Shown here: positions 13,129-24,942 of the stretch, piece after piece
Numbering within the stretch: position 1 is the stretch's first letter
How the letters are laid out: the number at the start of each line of letters is the position of its first letter
DNA from: Octopus sinensis
Lineage: Eukaryota
Length of the DNA: 64,000 nucleotides
NCBI RefSeq assembly: GCF_006345805.1
Contig: NC_042999.1
Location: forward strand, 67,518,001 to 67,582,000
Reading direction: 5' to 3'
Program-made: the position numbers and the translations under genes
Notes under the pieces: model-generated
What the model saw: only the letters and a program-made list of their open reading frames with translations
Database searches by the model: none
What the model was told of the DNA's origin: nothing

Positions 13129-13632
13129 CTGTAAACAATAAAAGAAAGAGAAAAAAAATTTATGTTTATCTGTTTAATATAATACTTCATTGCCAACAGT
13201 AATAGTAATCATTAATAGTGATCTTGAAAATTAATTTCAACATGTTATGGGGTAAATGTATGAATAGTTTGAAGTGGATTTTCTACAGTTAGACGCCTGT
13301 CCTGTCAACAATCCTTACTTGCTTCCGAGCAAGATAATGTTTACCCCTGGCTGGATATGCTTTCATAGAAAATTGGAAATGAAGGTCACAGCTTGTATGT
13401 TGGTAATGCTTGTTTGCAACTATCACATGATGTCAAAGCAAAGAGACACAAACATATACACACATACGTGTGTGTGTGAGTGTGTATGTGTGTATTGGCT
13501 CAGGCATGACTATAGACACAAGAATGGCTGAGGCTCAATCCCATTGTGTGGCACCTTTGGCAAGTGTTGTCTACTATACCTTGGAATTAACCAAAGTCTT
13601 GTGAGTGGATGTTTGGTAGACAGAAACTAAAA

Positions 13633-13855
13633 GGTGGCGAGCTGGCAGAAACGTTAGCACACCGGGCAAAATGCTTAGTGGTATTTCATCTGCTGTAACG
13701 TTCTGAGTTCAAATCCCGCCATGGTCGACTTTGCTTTTCATTCTTTCGGGGTCGATAAATTAAGCACCAGCTACGCGCTGGGGTTGATATAATCGACTTA
13801 ATCCCTTTGTCTGTCCCCTCTATGTTTAGCCTCTTGTGGGCAATAAAGAAATGAA
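13633..13855 (+). mobile_element. SINE family B monomer
   Basis: Family B head to aataaagaaa tail. Confidence 0.88.
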
Positions 13856-14297
13856 AAAACTAAAAGAAGTTTGTCATGTACATTTGTATGTATTCATGTG
13901 TGTGTGTGTATGGATGCAATTATGTATACATGTGTCGTGTGTGTCTGTATATCTGGTGAAGTAGATGTAGTGACACCATTGTCATTTTCCTCGTCAACCA
14001 CCCACTGGCCTTGTACCTTTGAAGAAATGTAGGATAAGAAATCTGAGCAACCAACTGTAAAACAATGCTTCTTTAATATATTCATCTAACCCATACTGGT
14101 ATGGAAAAAATACAAATGTAAAAAAAAAAAAGACGCATCACCATTATTTATTCTAGCATTAGCATAAATAGTAAAATACAAGTTTAATCAAACAAATGAC
14201 AAAAATATAATTATGAGCAAGATTAAATAACAAAGGACTGCAATGAAAGCAAAACACTCATCTAGCATAGAAAATGAATGGAGGAGACTGCTGCTGA

Positions 14298-14672
14298 TTT
14301 GTTTGTTTGTTTGTTGAGCGAAGTGGTCTTTGTCCCAGTGGGAGAAGTCTGAAACGTGATCCTTTGCTATTCGTAATACCCGCAGAAGAGAAAGCAGGTC
14401 AACCCCCGACACCGAGAGCATCAACAGATGGATGAATGCGCATCCAGGCTCAGCGGTTGCGTAGGAAGTCGGGGACAAGAAACAGGAAGAAAGAGTGAGA
14501 GAAAGTTGGAGCAAAAGAGTACAACAGGGGTCATCACCATCCCCTGCCGGAGCCTCGTGGAGCTTTAGGTGTTTTCGCTCAATAAACACACACAACGCCC
14601 AGTCTGGGAATCGAAACCGCGATCCTCTGACCGCGAGTCCGCTGCCCAAACCATTGGGCCATCGCGCCTCCA
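14298..14672 (-). mobile_element. tRNA-derived SINE family C, full length, (CAAA)n tail
   Basis: Head tggaggcgcgatggcccaatggtttgggcagcggactcgcggtcagaggatcgcggtttcgattccc is tRNA-like with A and B boxes. Confidence 0.9.
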
Positions 14673-14906
14673 CTAGACTGCTGCTGATGATGATGATGAG
14701 GCATCCAAGCATCGTATACGATATCCATAGCCAAATTTTTTCAGCCATCGGAGTAACTTGGGACTTATGAAAGGAAAGCTTTACTTTACTCAGAATGTAT
14801 GACACAGGGGCTAACTAAAAGTCTGAAAACAAGCTTGGACATTTAGGACAAATCCCCTACAAATGCTTTGGACAAGCAACGGTTTAAAAGGAACATTTAA
14901 CATTAC

Positions 14907-15847
14907 CTTGTACGTGGTGATGATGACCTGTGTGAAGAATTATCCGTATTCTTGCTAGAGTCCTGATGTTTTGAAGTAAAATTATTAAAACCTGAAGAAC
15001 GGTCAGGAGGAATCTTAAATGTCCCTCTTTCCTCATTTTCAAATCTGTTATTTCTGAAATTGTTCTGGTTCCCTTTCCCATCATTATGTCGATCAGGACT
15101 TCTGGAATCTGATTTTTTGTAATCTTTTCTGTAACTGTCCCTTTCTCGGCGAGGAGATGCTGACCGAGAACTCTGCTTTCGGTTAAATGGTGACTTACTA
15201 TTTCTTCTAGATTGAAAACTACGCTGCTGCTGCTGATGAGGCTGACGACGGGAGTTGGGAGATCTCGTTTGTTTTGAATCTGGGGAAGGTGAACGTGATC
15301 TTCTTCTGTATGGCGAGCGGGATCGTCTTCTGTAAGATAAATTATTCCTGTGAAAAGACTGTTGGCTTGGAGGTGATCGCCTTCTTTGCGAAGTGTGAAA
15401 TGTTGACGTCCTTCTTCTATCAGGGGACCTCGACGGTGACCGTCGTTTTGAAGGAGATGTCCTTTTCTTGAAAGGTGAACGAGACCTGTTTCTATGAGAC
15501 GAGTAAGATCGATGTGAATCTCGGTCTTCAGGAGACCGCTTTCGATTAACCGTTAGTTGCTGCTTTCCATAATCAGGAGAGAATTTTTTATCAGCATGAC
15601 GCCCCTTTCCAGATGATGAAGATCGAGAACGGGATCTAGAAAAATGTCCATTACTTTTCAGAGATTTGGAGTTCAAGTCAGACCCTCTTGATGATGGGCT
15701 TGAATTAGATGAATAACTGGATTCAGAACTAGAGTCAGAGCTAGAATTCTGGTGCTGATTATTGTTCCTGACTTCTGGGTTGTGTTTCCTTTTCGTTAAT
15801 GTCTGAGATTCTCCATCTGAACTGGAGCATGAAGAACTTCTAGCCAT
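14907..15847 (-). CDS. NKAP: NKAP coding exon 1 (long Arg/Ser-rich N-terminus)
   Basis: ATG at 15847 (ataATGgct), 941 nt open to ag|gtaatg. RS/SP-repeat protein MARSSSCSSSDGES...RSRSPYRRRSRSPSP. The exon acceptor ttttcag is at 15897/15896. Confidence 0.9.
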
Positions 15848-17017
15848 TATGGAACTAAGAATATTTTCCAAATGGAATTACATATTCTTTTAGTGTCTGA
15901 AAAGATATAGAAAAGCATGTAGTAATAAAGGTGGGATAATGGCCAAAATTATATAAACAATGTTTGAAAATATACTGAAAAGCTTTGAAATGAAGTCATA
16001 TTTTTTTAGTTATTTGATCAGTCTACACAGACATGGTTGCATGGTTAAGATGCTTTCTTTACAACTATGTGGTTTCAAGATCATTCCCGCTGCATAGCAC
16101 CTTGGGCATGTATCTTCTACATTAGCTGAGGACTGACCAATGCATTGTGATGGATTTGGTAGATGGAAAATGAGTGGAAGCCCATATGTGTGTGCGTGTG
16201 TCATTTGTCAGTCCTGCCACTCGAAAACCTGTGCTGATTTGTTTACATCCCCATAAATTAGTGGTTCAGCAAAAGAGGCTGATAGATTAAAGTACCAGAC
16301 TTAAAAAGAAGTCCTGGGATCAATTTGTTCAACTAAAACCCTTCAAGCTGGTGCCTGAAATAAAGAAAACATGAAATAAGAAAATACATCATCATCGTTT
16401 AATGTCTGCTTTCCATGGGTTGGACGATTTTGAGTGAGGGCTGGCGAACCAGATGGCTGCACCAGGCTCCAATCTTGATCTGACAGAGTTTCTACAGCTG
16501 GATGCCCTTCCTAGGAAAATACAGTCATGAATAAAATCACGAATGATAAGTGATTGCTCATACAAGTCAAGTAATCCTATATGCACTAGCTCAACCCACT
16601 AGAAATAGTAACCAACAACTCCTCAATTCACAAAATGCAATCTTAAAAAAAAAGAAAGGGCATATTTCCCAACAAAGACAGAATGGTCAAGGTTGGGATG
16701 ATCATAGGTCTGTTCGATCAGGGTTGATCTAAGGATGACCAACCATCTACAATAGGACCAATTTGGAATCCCAAGTTAGTTGTTGACCACAGGAAAGGGG
16801 CTAAATGGTCACCTTATTTGTATTGAAAACTGAGGTGAAAAATAAGTGTTTTTATGTGGTCACACAACCCGCAAGAAGTAGCAACTAAATCTCTCTCTCA
16901 GATCACTCTTATCTCATTCTTGACTATACTTCTAATGAATAAACTGCCAATGTGTTCTTATTAATTTTCAATATAATGAAGGGTTTAATAAAATATCTCT
17001 AACCTTGTATATATTAG

Positions 17018-17410
17018 ATCATCATCATCGTTTAACGTCCGCTTTCCATGCTAGCATGGGTTGGACGATTTTGACTGAGGGCTGGCGAACCAGAGGGCTA
17101 CACCAGGCCCCAATCTTGATTTGGCAGGGTTTCTACAGCTGGATGCCCTTCCTAATGCCAACTACTCCGAGAGTGTAGTGGGTGCTTTTTATGTGCCACC
17201 GGCACTGGGACCGGTTAGGCGGTACTGGTAATGACCTCGCTCGAATCTTTTTACACATGCCACTGGCACAGGTGCCAGTAAGGCAATGCTGGTAACGATC
17301 ACGCTCGAATAGTGCCCTTTTACGTGCCACCGGCATGGAAGCCAGTTGGCTGCTCTGGCAACGATCACGCTCGGATAGTGCTCTTGGCACCCTACTAGCA
17401 CGGGTAAGTG
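17018..17410 (-). mobile_element. RTE 3'UTR/tail copy
   Basis: (cat)n tail + core + 3 units. Confidence 0.85.
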
Positions 17411-17429
17411 CTATGTTATACTGACTGAC

Positions 17430-17772
17430 TGAAATATGTCACAATACTGGCACTTCGCTGGTTATGATGACAAGGGTTCCAGTTGATCTGATCAACAGAA
17501 CAGCCTGCTTGTGAAATTAATGTGCAAGTGGCTGAGAATTTCACAAACATGTGTACCGTTAACATAGTTCTCAGGGAGATTCAGCATGACAAAGAGTGTG
17601 ACAAGGGTGGCCTTTTGAAATACAGGTACAACTCATTTTTGCCAGCTGAAGGGACTGGAGCAATGTGAAATAAAGGGTCTTGCTCAAGCACACAACCCGT
17701 TGCCATGAATTGAACTTACGATCTTATGATTGTTAGCTGAATACCCTAACCGCCAAGGCACATGCCTTCACT
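17430..17772 (-). mobile_element. tRNA-derived SINE family D (probably Nin-domain type)
   Basis: tRNA-like head at 17772, ttgtgtgcttgagcaagacc motif and central ttgtcacactc...gctgaatctccctgagaac core. The family name is from memory. Confidence 0.65.
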
Positions 17773-18817
17773 TGTCACAATAACATTCATGTTAAAGTGA
17801 AATTTTGATCAAGATTCTAATTTATATAAACTCTTTCAAACAGGCAGGTTGTTATTAATTTTTTTTTAATGTCAAGTCACTATGAAGAATGTAGTCTTAG
17901 ATATAAATAAAATAGGATGGTTATAACTGGAATGCAGATGATCATAGGTCTGTCCGCTCAATCAGTGTTGACCTGGGTTAAACAACAATATAGTAGTCAG
18001 CAGACACATTGCTCAAAGGTATTCCCTAAAATCTATTCAACAATTATTTCCTCCAAAACCTCTTCCACCTTCGGTTTTTCATAGACTGAAGTCAATTAGA
18101 AGTTAATATCTCCAACAGCTAATGCATGCGTATTAATTATAATAAAATAATAGTAAGATATTTTGGTGGAAGAGTCACATCATGGCAATTCTTAACTTTT
18201 TGCCACAGGGTAGGGTGTGAGTCAGATAATAACAATAGTCATCATCATCTTTTCACATCCATCTCTCATGCTGGCATGGATTGGGTGGTTTGACAAGATC
18301 TGATGGATCCAAGAATTGTATCACGCTCCAATGTCTGGTTTACATGGTTTTGATATATTTTTGGAGGTGCATGGGAAGTTAGGTTATATCAATGGTTATT
18401 TCTGAAGGGCTGAGTCAGATCATAGAAATAGTCAAAAAAGGGGAGCTAGCCAACTATAGCTGTAGTCATTGTGAGATGGGTCATCAGGTCATGGTAATAA
18501 AGCGAAACATTTGGAGTGGACCTAGTAAGGTCAGAACAATAGTTGTTGGTAGGGGTGGTAAAGGTGGTCAGTTCATAGTAATATCCATTTGGAGAGGTGA
18601 GAGAGTCCAGTCACAAGCAATGTCTTTTGGGGTAGTACAGTCATAGCAATGTTATTTTTGGACGGCAAACTTAGAAATGAGGGAAAAAAGTTTATTGATT
18701 TTAATTTAGCCCTTATACCATTTCCCTAATGTCAGGCCAACTCTGATTGCAGTATAGAATGATCAAAGCTGTTCAAACTTATGATCAAGGTCTGTGTAAC
18801 GGTAATAACTGGCAATA

Positions 18818-19029
18818 TACGAGGGAATGCTGAAAAGTTCCTGGCTTTGAGCAAAAGAAAGTACAGGAGGGTCTGTTAATTATGATTGTATCCAACGTAT
18901 TCCCCTCTCAGATTCACACATTTATTGCAACAGTACTTCAGTTTTTCTAAGCCCTGTAAAAATAAAATTGGAAGGTTAGGCCTCCAACCCCGCCTTTTGC
19001 AACGAGGAACTTTTCAGCAGCCCCTTGTA
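18818..19029. mobile_element. Mariner-derived MITE (TA target)
   Basis: TIRs tacgagggaatgctgaaaagttcct / aggaacttttcagcagccccttgta. Confidence 0.88.
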
Positions 19030-19602
19030 TATCGTATCATCCTAAATAACATAATTGTGTGGCACTTTGAGCAAGTGTCTTCTACTATAGCCCTAGGCTG
19101 TGAATGGATTTAGTAGATGGAAACTGAAAGAAGCCCATCATTATGTCTCCTTGTCTTGATAATTGTATGAGTGCCACTGTCATACAGTGTCATTCATTTC
19201 CAATATTCTGCGAAAACATGCCCGGCCATTGGGAAATATTACCTTGCTTGGAAACAGAGAGTCTGCTTCAATAAACTCCATCTGACATAGAAAAGTGGAC
19301 ATTATGATGATGATGATAACCAGGTTGACATACAGAACTGTTTTTACTAAGTTTGTATCACTGGACTGCGTGGCCAATTCGAAGACACTTGCCCAAGGTG
19401 CCACGTCATGGGATCAAACCCGGAAGCAAGCGGTTGCGAAGCGAATTTCTTAACCGTACAACTATACCAACTTGTATTAAAATTCTTTAAGTTTGAAGAC
19501 AAAAGAAATTACTAGCTTTTTTTAATGGTGGAGTTTTAACGCAGTCATTTGATCTGCTAAAAAAATAAGAGCAAAATTGGCGAAGTTTCGTATGTCGTAG
19601 AT

Positions 19603-20326
19603 CAGATTTCCGTCGATTTCCGTAAAAAATTTTTATTTTTTTACATAAGTAATGAGAGCGAAAGAGACTAAGAGGAAGCGATTTTACGACGAGAAGGTTT
19701 CACTTTGAAGTCGGCCTGTGTGCGTTTGATGGGGTGTGGGAGACAGACAGTATGTTGTGTAAGTGAAGTGCTTCTGTTAGTGTGTGCGAAGAGACAGAGA
19801 GAGTAATGTGTGAAAGAGAGAGATAACTGATTTTTTACTCGGTGTATGTGTATATGTATGTCTGCATGTATGTGTGTGTGTATGTATCTATGTATGTGTG
19901 TATGTGTATGTATGTATGTGTGTATGTATGTATGGTCGATTCAGTGTAATTTTTTACTCGGTGTATGTGTATATGTATGTCTGCATGTATGTGTGTGTGT
20001 GTATGTATCTATGTGTGTGTGTGTGTGTGTAAGTATGTGTGTGTGTATGTATGTATGTGTGTGTGTATGTATCTATGTATGTGTGTGTGTATGTATGTAT
20101 GTATGTACTCGGTGTATGTGTATATGTATGTCTGTCTCTTCACACACACTAACAGAAGCACTTCACTTACACAACATACTGTCTGTCTCCCACACCCCAT
20201 CAAACACACACAGGCCGATTTCAAAGTGAAACCTTCTCGTCGTAAAATCGCTTCCTCTTAGTCTCTTTCGCTCTCATTACTTATGTAAAAAAATAAAAGT
20301 TTTTTACGGAAATCGACGGAAATCTG
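19603..20326. repeat. Foldback element: 196-bp inverted arms around a (TG/TATG) tandem core
   Basis: Arms 19603-19798 and 20131-20326 differ at about 4 positions. The core holds 3 copies of actcggtgtatgtgtatatgtatgtctg. Confidence 0.95.
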
Positions 20327-20403
20327 TGCTACTACAACCGAAACTATGCCGCAAAATTTCCTTCAAATCGCACCCTAGTGTATTTTATAAAACGAGCAAC
20401 GCG

Positions 20404-20632
20404 GTACTACTAGCGAACAGTGGTCCTGGTGCGCGCGCACGCGCAGTCGCGCAAGCTAGTCGTAAGTAGTCGATCCTACAACGACTGCCTAGTAAAGTAA
20501 ATAAAACACAAAAACACAAAGTAAATAATTTTTTAAACAAAGTAAATAACACAAAAACACAAAGTAAGGATCGATTAGTCATGACTAGCTAGCGCGAATA
20601 CGCGTACCTGGACCACTGTTCTTAAGTAGTAC
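20404..20632. repeat. Imperfect CpG-rich inverted repeat with an A-rich direct-repeat spacer
   Basis: gtactact..gaacagtggtcc.ggt.cgcg...gctagtc...tcgatcct and its complement at 20567-20632. Confidence 0.8.
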
Positions 20633-21118
20633 AGGGGAAATGTATTATTCAACTGTTTTTATAACATTTGTATTCGGGAAGCTTTCCAGTAAAGTAATTA
20701 AACTACAAGAGACCCACACACACCTACAATTGCAATATCTGCTACAACAATTAACCAAGTCTCACTGAGAATACACCATCGTTTTTAAAAAAGTAGGACA
20801 CATTAGTTAATTCTCGATGTGCTACGCTCTGAAAGAAAAATTACGGGAAAGTTATGGATGGAGTAAACTTCATTTACACGTTTATCGAATCAATATCTGA
20901 CATGAGGCTGAAACCAAACTAATAAACATGATGCAACATCCATTGAACTTCCGTGTTATTTTAACTAAACACAGACTTTACGCAGCTGTCGTGAAAGATC
21001 TCTTCATACTATGTAAATAAGAGCATAGAAATAATATATAAAATATTTCTTTCCATATATATATATATTTGTATGTATATATTTGTAACAACAAGCGATA
21101 CAAGCAAAGAAAGCTTAC

Positions 21119-21175
21119 CATAGAAATTAGCTGACTTCTTAAACTAGTTATGTTTTCTGAGCCGCGCATACGGAA
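21119..21175 (-). other. NKAP: Probable non-coding first exon of NKAP
   Basis: CpG-containing stretch (ttccgtatgcgcggctcag) ending in a strong donor ctatg|gtaagc, upstream of the 15896 acceptor. The TSS position is a guess. Confidence 0.45.
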
Positions 21176-21566
21176 AGCTAATGAAACTTAAATTTACATT
21201 TATTTATTAAGTATTGGTTTTATTTTATTTTTAATTCAAATTGTATTTTTTATTCTATTCTTGTTTATTAATACATCCGTCGGGTTCTTGTAATTGTCAG
21301 TCTTCTTTATTTTTGCATTTTTGTTGTTACTTAAGTTTCATACGAAAGTTTCCTTTCAGTACAAATTTGTAATGATCAAAACAATTTTTCATGTGAGGTG
21401 ATTGACCTGATAGATTATTGTTAACTTTATTTTATATTCATTTAGTTTGAAAACATAAAACAGTGTCTCTCATTGTCTTGGAGGGTAAAATAACTGAGTT
21501 ACAATCATTAAATGTTCTATGTGCATGTAATAAATATTAAATGATTATATATATAAATATATATAT

Positions 21567-21789
21567 TACAAAGTAAGATAGGGGCTATGGGTGTAACCCA
21601 CTATAGGATAGCATTTATCCAATATACTATTGGTAAAGTACCCAGATTCTTAATACATCAATGTTTTTAATTGCAATATAATTAACTCATTTATTGTATT
21701 AAATGGGTGAAGGTAAAGAAATATTTTTACCCTAAATTTATAATACAAATAATGAACAAACTAAATTTGTTTCTCCATTTTCTTATTTG

Positions 21790-21794
<5 letters not shown>
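21567..21794. repeat. Inverted, internally deleted copy of 24941-25356
   Basis: 21567-21750 is the reverse complement of about 25180-25356, followed by the outer palindrome arm and (TA)n. Confidence 0.88.
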
Positions 21795-21824
<30 letters not shown>

Positions 21825-21829
<5 letters not shown>

Positions 21830-22190
21830 TCTTAATTTTTCAGTTATTTGACTGGCCATGCTGGAGCAACACCTTTAGTCGAGCAAATCGACACCAGGAC
21901 TTATTCTTTGTAAGCCTTGTACTTATTCTATTGGTCTCTTTTGCCGAATCACTAATTTTCGGGGACGTAAACACACCAGCATCGGTTGTCAAGCGATGTT
22001 GGGGGGACAAATACAGACACACAAACATACACACACACACACACATATATATATACATATATACAACGGGCTTCTTTCAGTTTCCATCTACCAAATCCAC
22101 TCACAAGGCTATAGTAGAAAACACTTGCCCAAGGTGCCATGCAGTGGGACTGAACCCAGAACCATGTGGTTGGTAAGCAAGCTACTTTAC
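21825..22190 (-). mobile_element. SINE family A
   Basis: Reverse complement of family A. Confidence 0.88.
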
Positions 22191-22419
22191 TTCTTTTAAA
22201 TTGCCATAAAGGCATAACATAGAGGGGACACTACGAAACATGTGGGGACATATAACAATTAAAAATATGTAAAGATAAGATATGATACTGTGAGTGACAT
22301 GACAACGAACATGAGAAAATAAATTAATGTTATGATAACATGCATGATATCTGAAAATGAAGATATGAAGAGTGTGCTACTCACCCCATACTGAGTAACA
22401 CCACTTGCTGCCTTTGAGT

Positions 22420-23665
22420 CCTAATTCGTCTTTAGTCTCTGGTCTAGTCCTTCTATTTCCACTCTCGCTATCACTCAATGACAACATTCTTTCGTAACCT
22501 TTTTCACTGGAGGACGGGTCTTAATTCTGTGGTGTCTGCTCTTTTCTCTTTTTCTTTTTTTCTTGTGGGGAAAAGGAGTGGGTGGGTCTGGTGTTTGTAT
22601 AGGGTGGGTGGGATGGAGTTGGGCTGGGGTACCACATCACACTCAGTGTTCTTTCTTTTCTTCCTCTTCTTCCTTCTACTCTCTGTTACTATCCATTCTT
22701 CCTCCTTTCATCCGTCTTTCTTTTCTTCCTCATTTTTCTCCTCTGTCTCCCCAACTGGTTCATCTGTTGTTTCCTCTATTGTTTTCTTCTGTAGAGCGCA
22801 GTGTGCTCTAATGTGGCCTTTTTGGCCACATTTAAAGCATCACAGAATTCTGCCCCCTACCTATATTCTCAATACTATTTCTCCCAACGTCACTGTTTCC
22901 GCCAAATTTTCCAGTTGCTTCACCTCTGCTTGTCTGATAATTTCCAATATTTTTCCTTTAAAGCCTCCTTCCTCAGTCTCTGTGGCTTGGAGGACAGCCA
23001 CCTCCTCCTCACTTCCAATGAGGACGGCTGCCACAACCCAAGCCACTTCTATATCAGGTGGAATTACTTTTACCCTCACCTTAGAAGTCTTTCTTCCAAG
23101 GTAGGTGGGTAGAAGTACTAGTTCCTCAGTTTTTACAGTTGTACTCGCCAGTCTCTTTGCCTTCTATGCTGTCCTAATCTGGACAACCACTGTCCCATAT
23201 CCGTTTCCTTTTGCTATATATCTTACTTCCTTCGAAAGCCCCTTCAGAGCTTTTTCTACTTTTTCCATCACCATCCGCTCCACCTTCCTACTCTCCACTG
23301 AGTGCACCTTGTAGGTAATAGTCTTCTTTTCCATATTTACCATAACACGGGGGTAATAACTTCACATCACTGCTCACCTTCTGTGTCATCTTACACAGCT
23401 CCTTCAGTCCAGTTAGGCCCACTTCCTTTTTCTTTACCTCTGCCGCCTCAGCAAAACACTTTACACTTTCCAAATGCTCATCCATTCTGTTTACCGCCTT
23501 AACGAGCTCCTCCTCTGCTCAGGATAGTTCATACTCGCCAAGGTCCGAATACATTCTTTTCCACTGGTACAACACTCACCAACAAACTGCTGGCAAGCAG
23601 CTCAAAAAATTCCGTCCATCTCATTAAAAATCAACACTGCGAATAAACCAGCGCATGCGCATAAG
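22420..23665 (-). mobile_element. Degenerate L1/Tx1-type LINE 5' end with gag-like ORF1
   Basis: Broken ORF with VRYIAKGNGYGTVVVQI...LLPTYLGRKTSKVRVKVIPPDIEV and a CCHC knuckle CFKCGQKGHIRAHC (about 22800-22840); contains stops and frameshifts. Confidence 0.75.
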
Positions 23666-23715
23666 CAAGCTGCTTACCACACAGCCACTCCGACGCCTAT
23701 ATATATGTATATATA

Positions 23716-24033
23716 TCATCATCATCATTGTTTAACGTCCATTTTCCATGATAGCATGGGTTGGATGGTTTGACCGAGGTCTGGGAAACCAGGAGGCTGC
23801 ACCAAGCTCCAGTCTGATCTGGCAGTGTTTCTACAGCTGGATGCCCTTCCTAACACCAACCACGCTGAGAGTGTGGTGGGTGCTTTTTATGTGCCCCTGG
23901 CAAAGGTGCCAGGGGAGGCTGGCATTGGCCACGATCGGTTGGTGCTTTTTACATGCCACCGACACAGAAGCCAGTCAAGGCGGCGCTGGCATCGACCATG
24001 TTCAGATGGTGCTTCTTACGTGCCACCGGCACA
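23716..24033 (-). mobile_element. RTE 3'UTR/tail copy
   Basis: Same family, flanked by (TA)n on both sides. Confidence 0.85.
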
Positions 24034-24034
24034 G

Positions 24035-24072
<38 letters not shown>

Positions 24073-24179
24073 AATAATATATATATGCATATATACAAAC
24101 GTATACGTACATACGCCTTTGATAAAACAGTTGCTCCCACAAAGTAAATTAAATAAAATTTGTGATCTTGTAGAGGGTC

Positions 24180-24840
24180 AAGATTGGTGACAAAAACAGG
24201 ACAGTGAAAACAAACAGGAAGGGCTGCTAAGCCTAAACGAGGTTGTGGTGGCAAACGTGTGGAAACAAGTCTGGACAAGAGACAGAGAACAATACATCTT
24301 CCTTGTCCAGCTGAAACAGGAAGAAAGAAAGAAACACAAATTAGGAGAATGGCTGATGGTCATGTGGGAAAGCTTTATTTTATATATTAATCGTCTTTCG
24401 GCCAGAGTTCTTTCATCACACTTCTGTGACCTCATCAGTGGTCCTTTGCCTTCTTCTTTCTTATTTGTGTATTTTTCCTTACTAATGATCACCCATTTTG
24501 TATTTTGTATACATATATATATATACATTTTGTATACATACATACATGTATATATATATATTTTCAGTGTTCCAAGTTTAAAGAATTTAGAGTCAGTCAA
24601 TACTTTCTTATGAAATGCACTTCCTTGCTAATGTGTTCATTATGGCTATCATTGTTTTTGAATTTGTATAATGGAAACGTTCTGAATTTGGGAGATTTGT
24701 TGGAAGCACATTCATCAACGTGCTGGCTGAGAGGTATTTTCCTGTATTCCAGAATTCTAATATGATATTTGTGCACCGCCATCCTCTGACGTAGGTTGTT
24801 TTTTGTCTGTCCAACATATTGCCATTTGCATCATGAGCAT
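24180..24840 (-). mobile_element. Penelope-like element relic (GIY-YIG endonuclease end + 3' region)
   Basis: 24597-24840 reads CS*CKWQYVGQTKNNLRQRMAVHKYHIR...LSQHVDEC...KEVHFIRKY, the GIY-YIG pattern of PLEs. A downstream CUGAUGA...GAAA motif lies at 24396-24438. Confidence 0.75.
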
Positions 24841-24895
24841 GAAATTAAGTATGTATGTGTGTATATATATCTATATATCTATCTATCTATCTATC

Positions 24896-24940
<45 letters not shown>

Positions 24941-24942
<2 letters not shown>

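Larger units (their letters stand above)
19400..21300. promoter_or_regulatory. CpG-retaining promoter / first-intron zone of NKAP
   Basis: CpGs are visibly frequent (e.g. gcgcgcgcacgcgcagtcgcgc at 20431-20452) against CpG-depleted gene-body sequence at 0-19 kb. Confidence 0.5.

Noticed and set aside
13960-14060. Extra NKAP exon
   Set aside because: No acceptor/donor pair gives a phase 2-2 exon with a plausible product, and exons 14907 and 13128 join directly.
14600-14672. tRNA genes at SINE heads (also 30410, 43200, 975)
   Set aside because: The tRNA-like heads run into SINE bodies with simple-repeat tails and form no complete cloverleaf.
14188-14805. 205-aa ORF and other ORF-track calls over SINEs, microsatellites and RTE tails
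   Set aside because: They are translations of repeats; the same pseudo-peptides (e.g. FLQLDALPNANHS) recur at many copies.
22478-23104. 208-aa plus-strand hydrophobic ORF
   Set aside because: It is the antisense shadow of the purine-rich Tx1-type ORF1.
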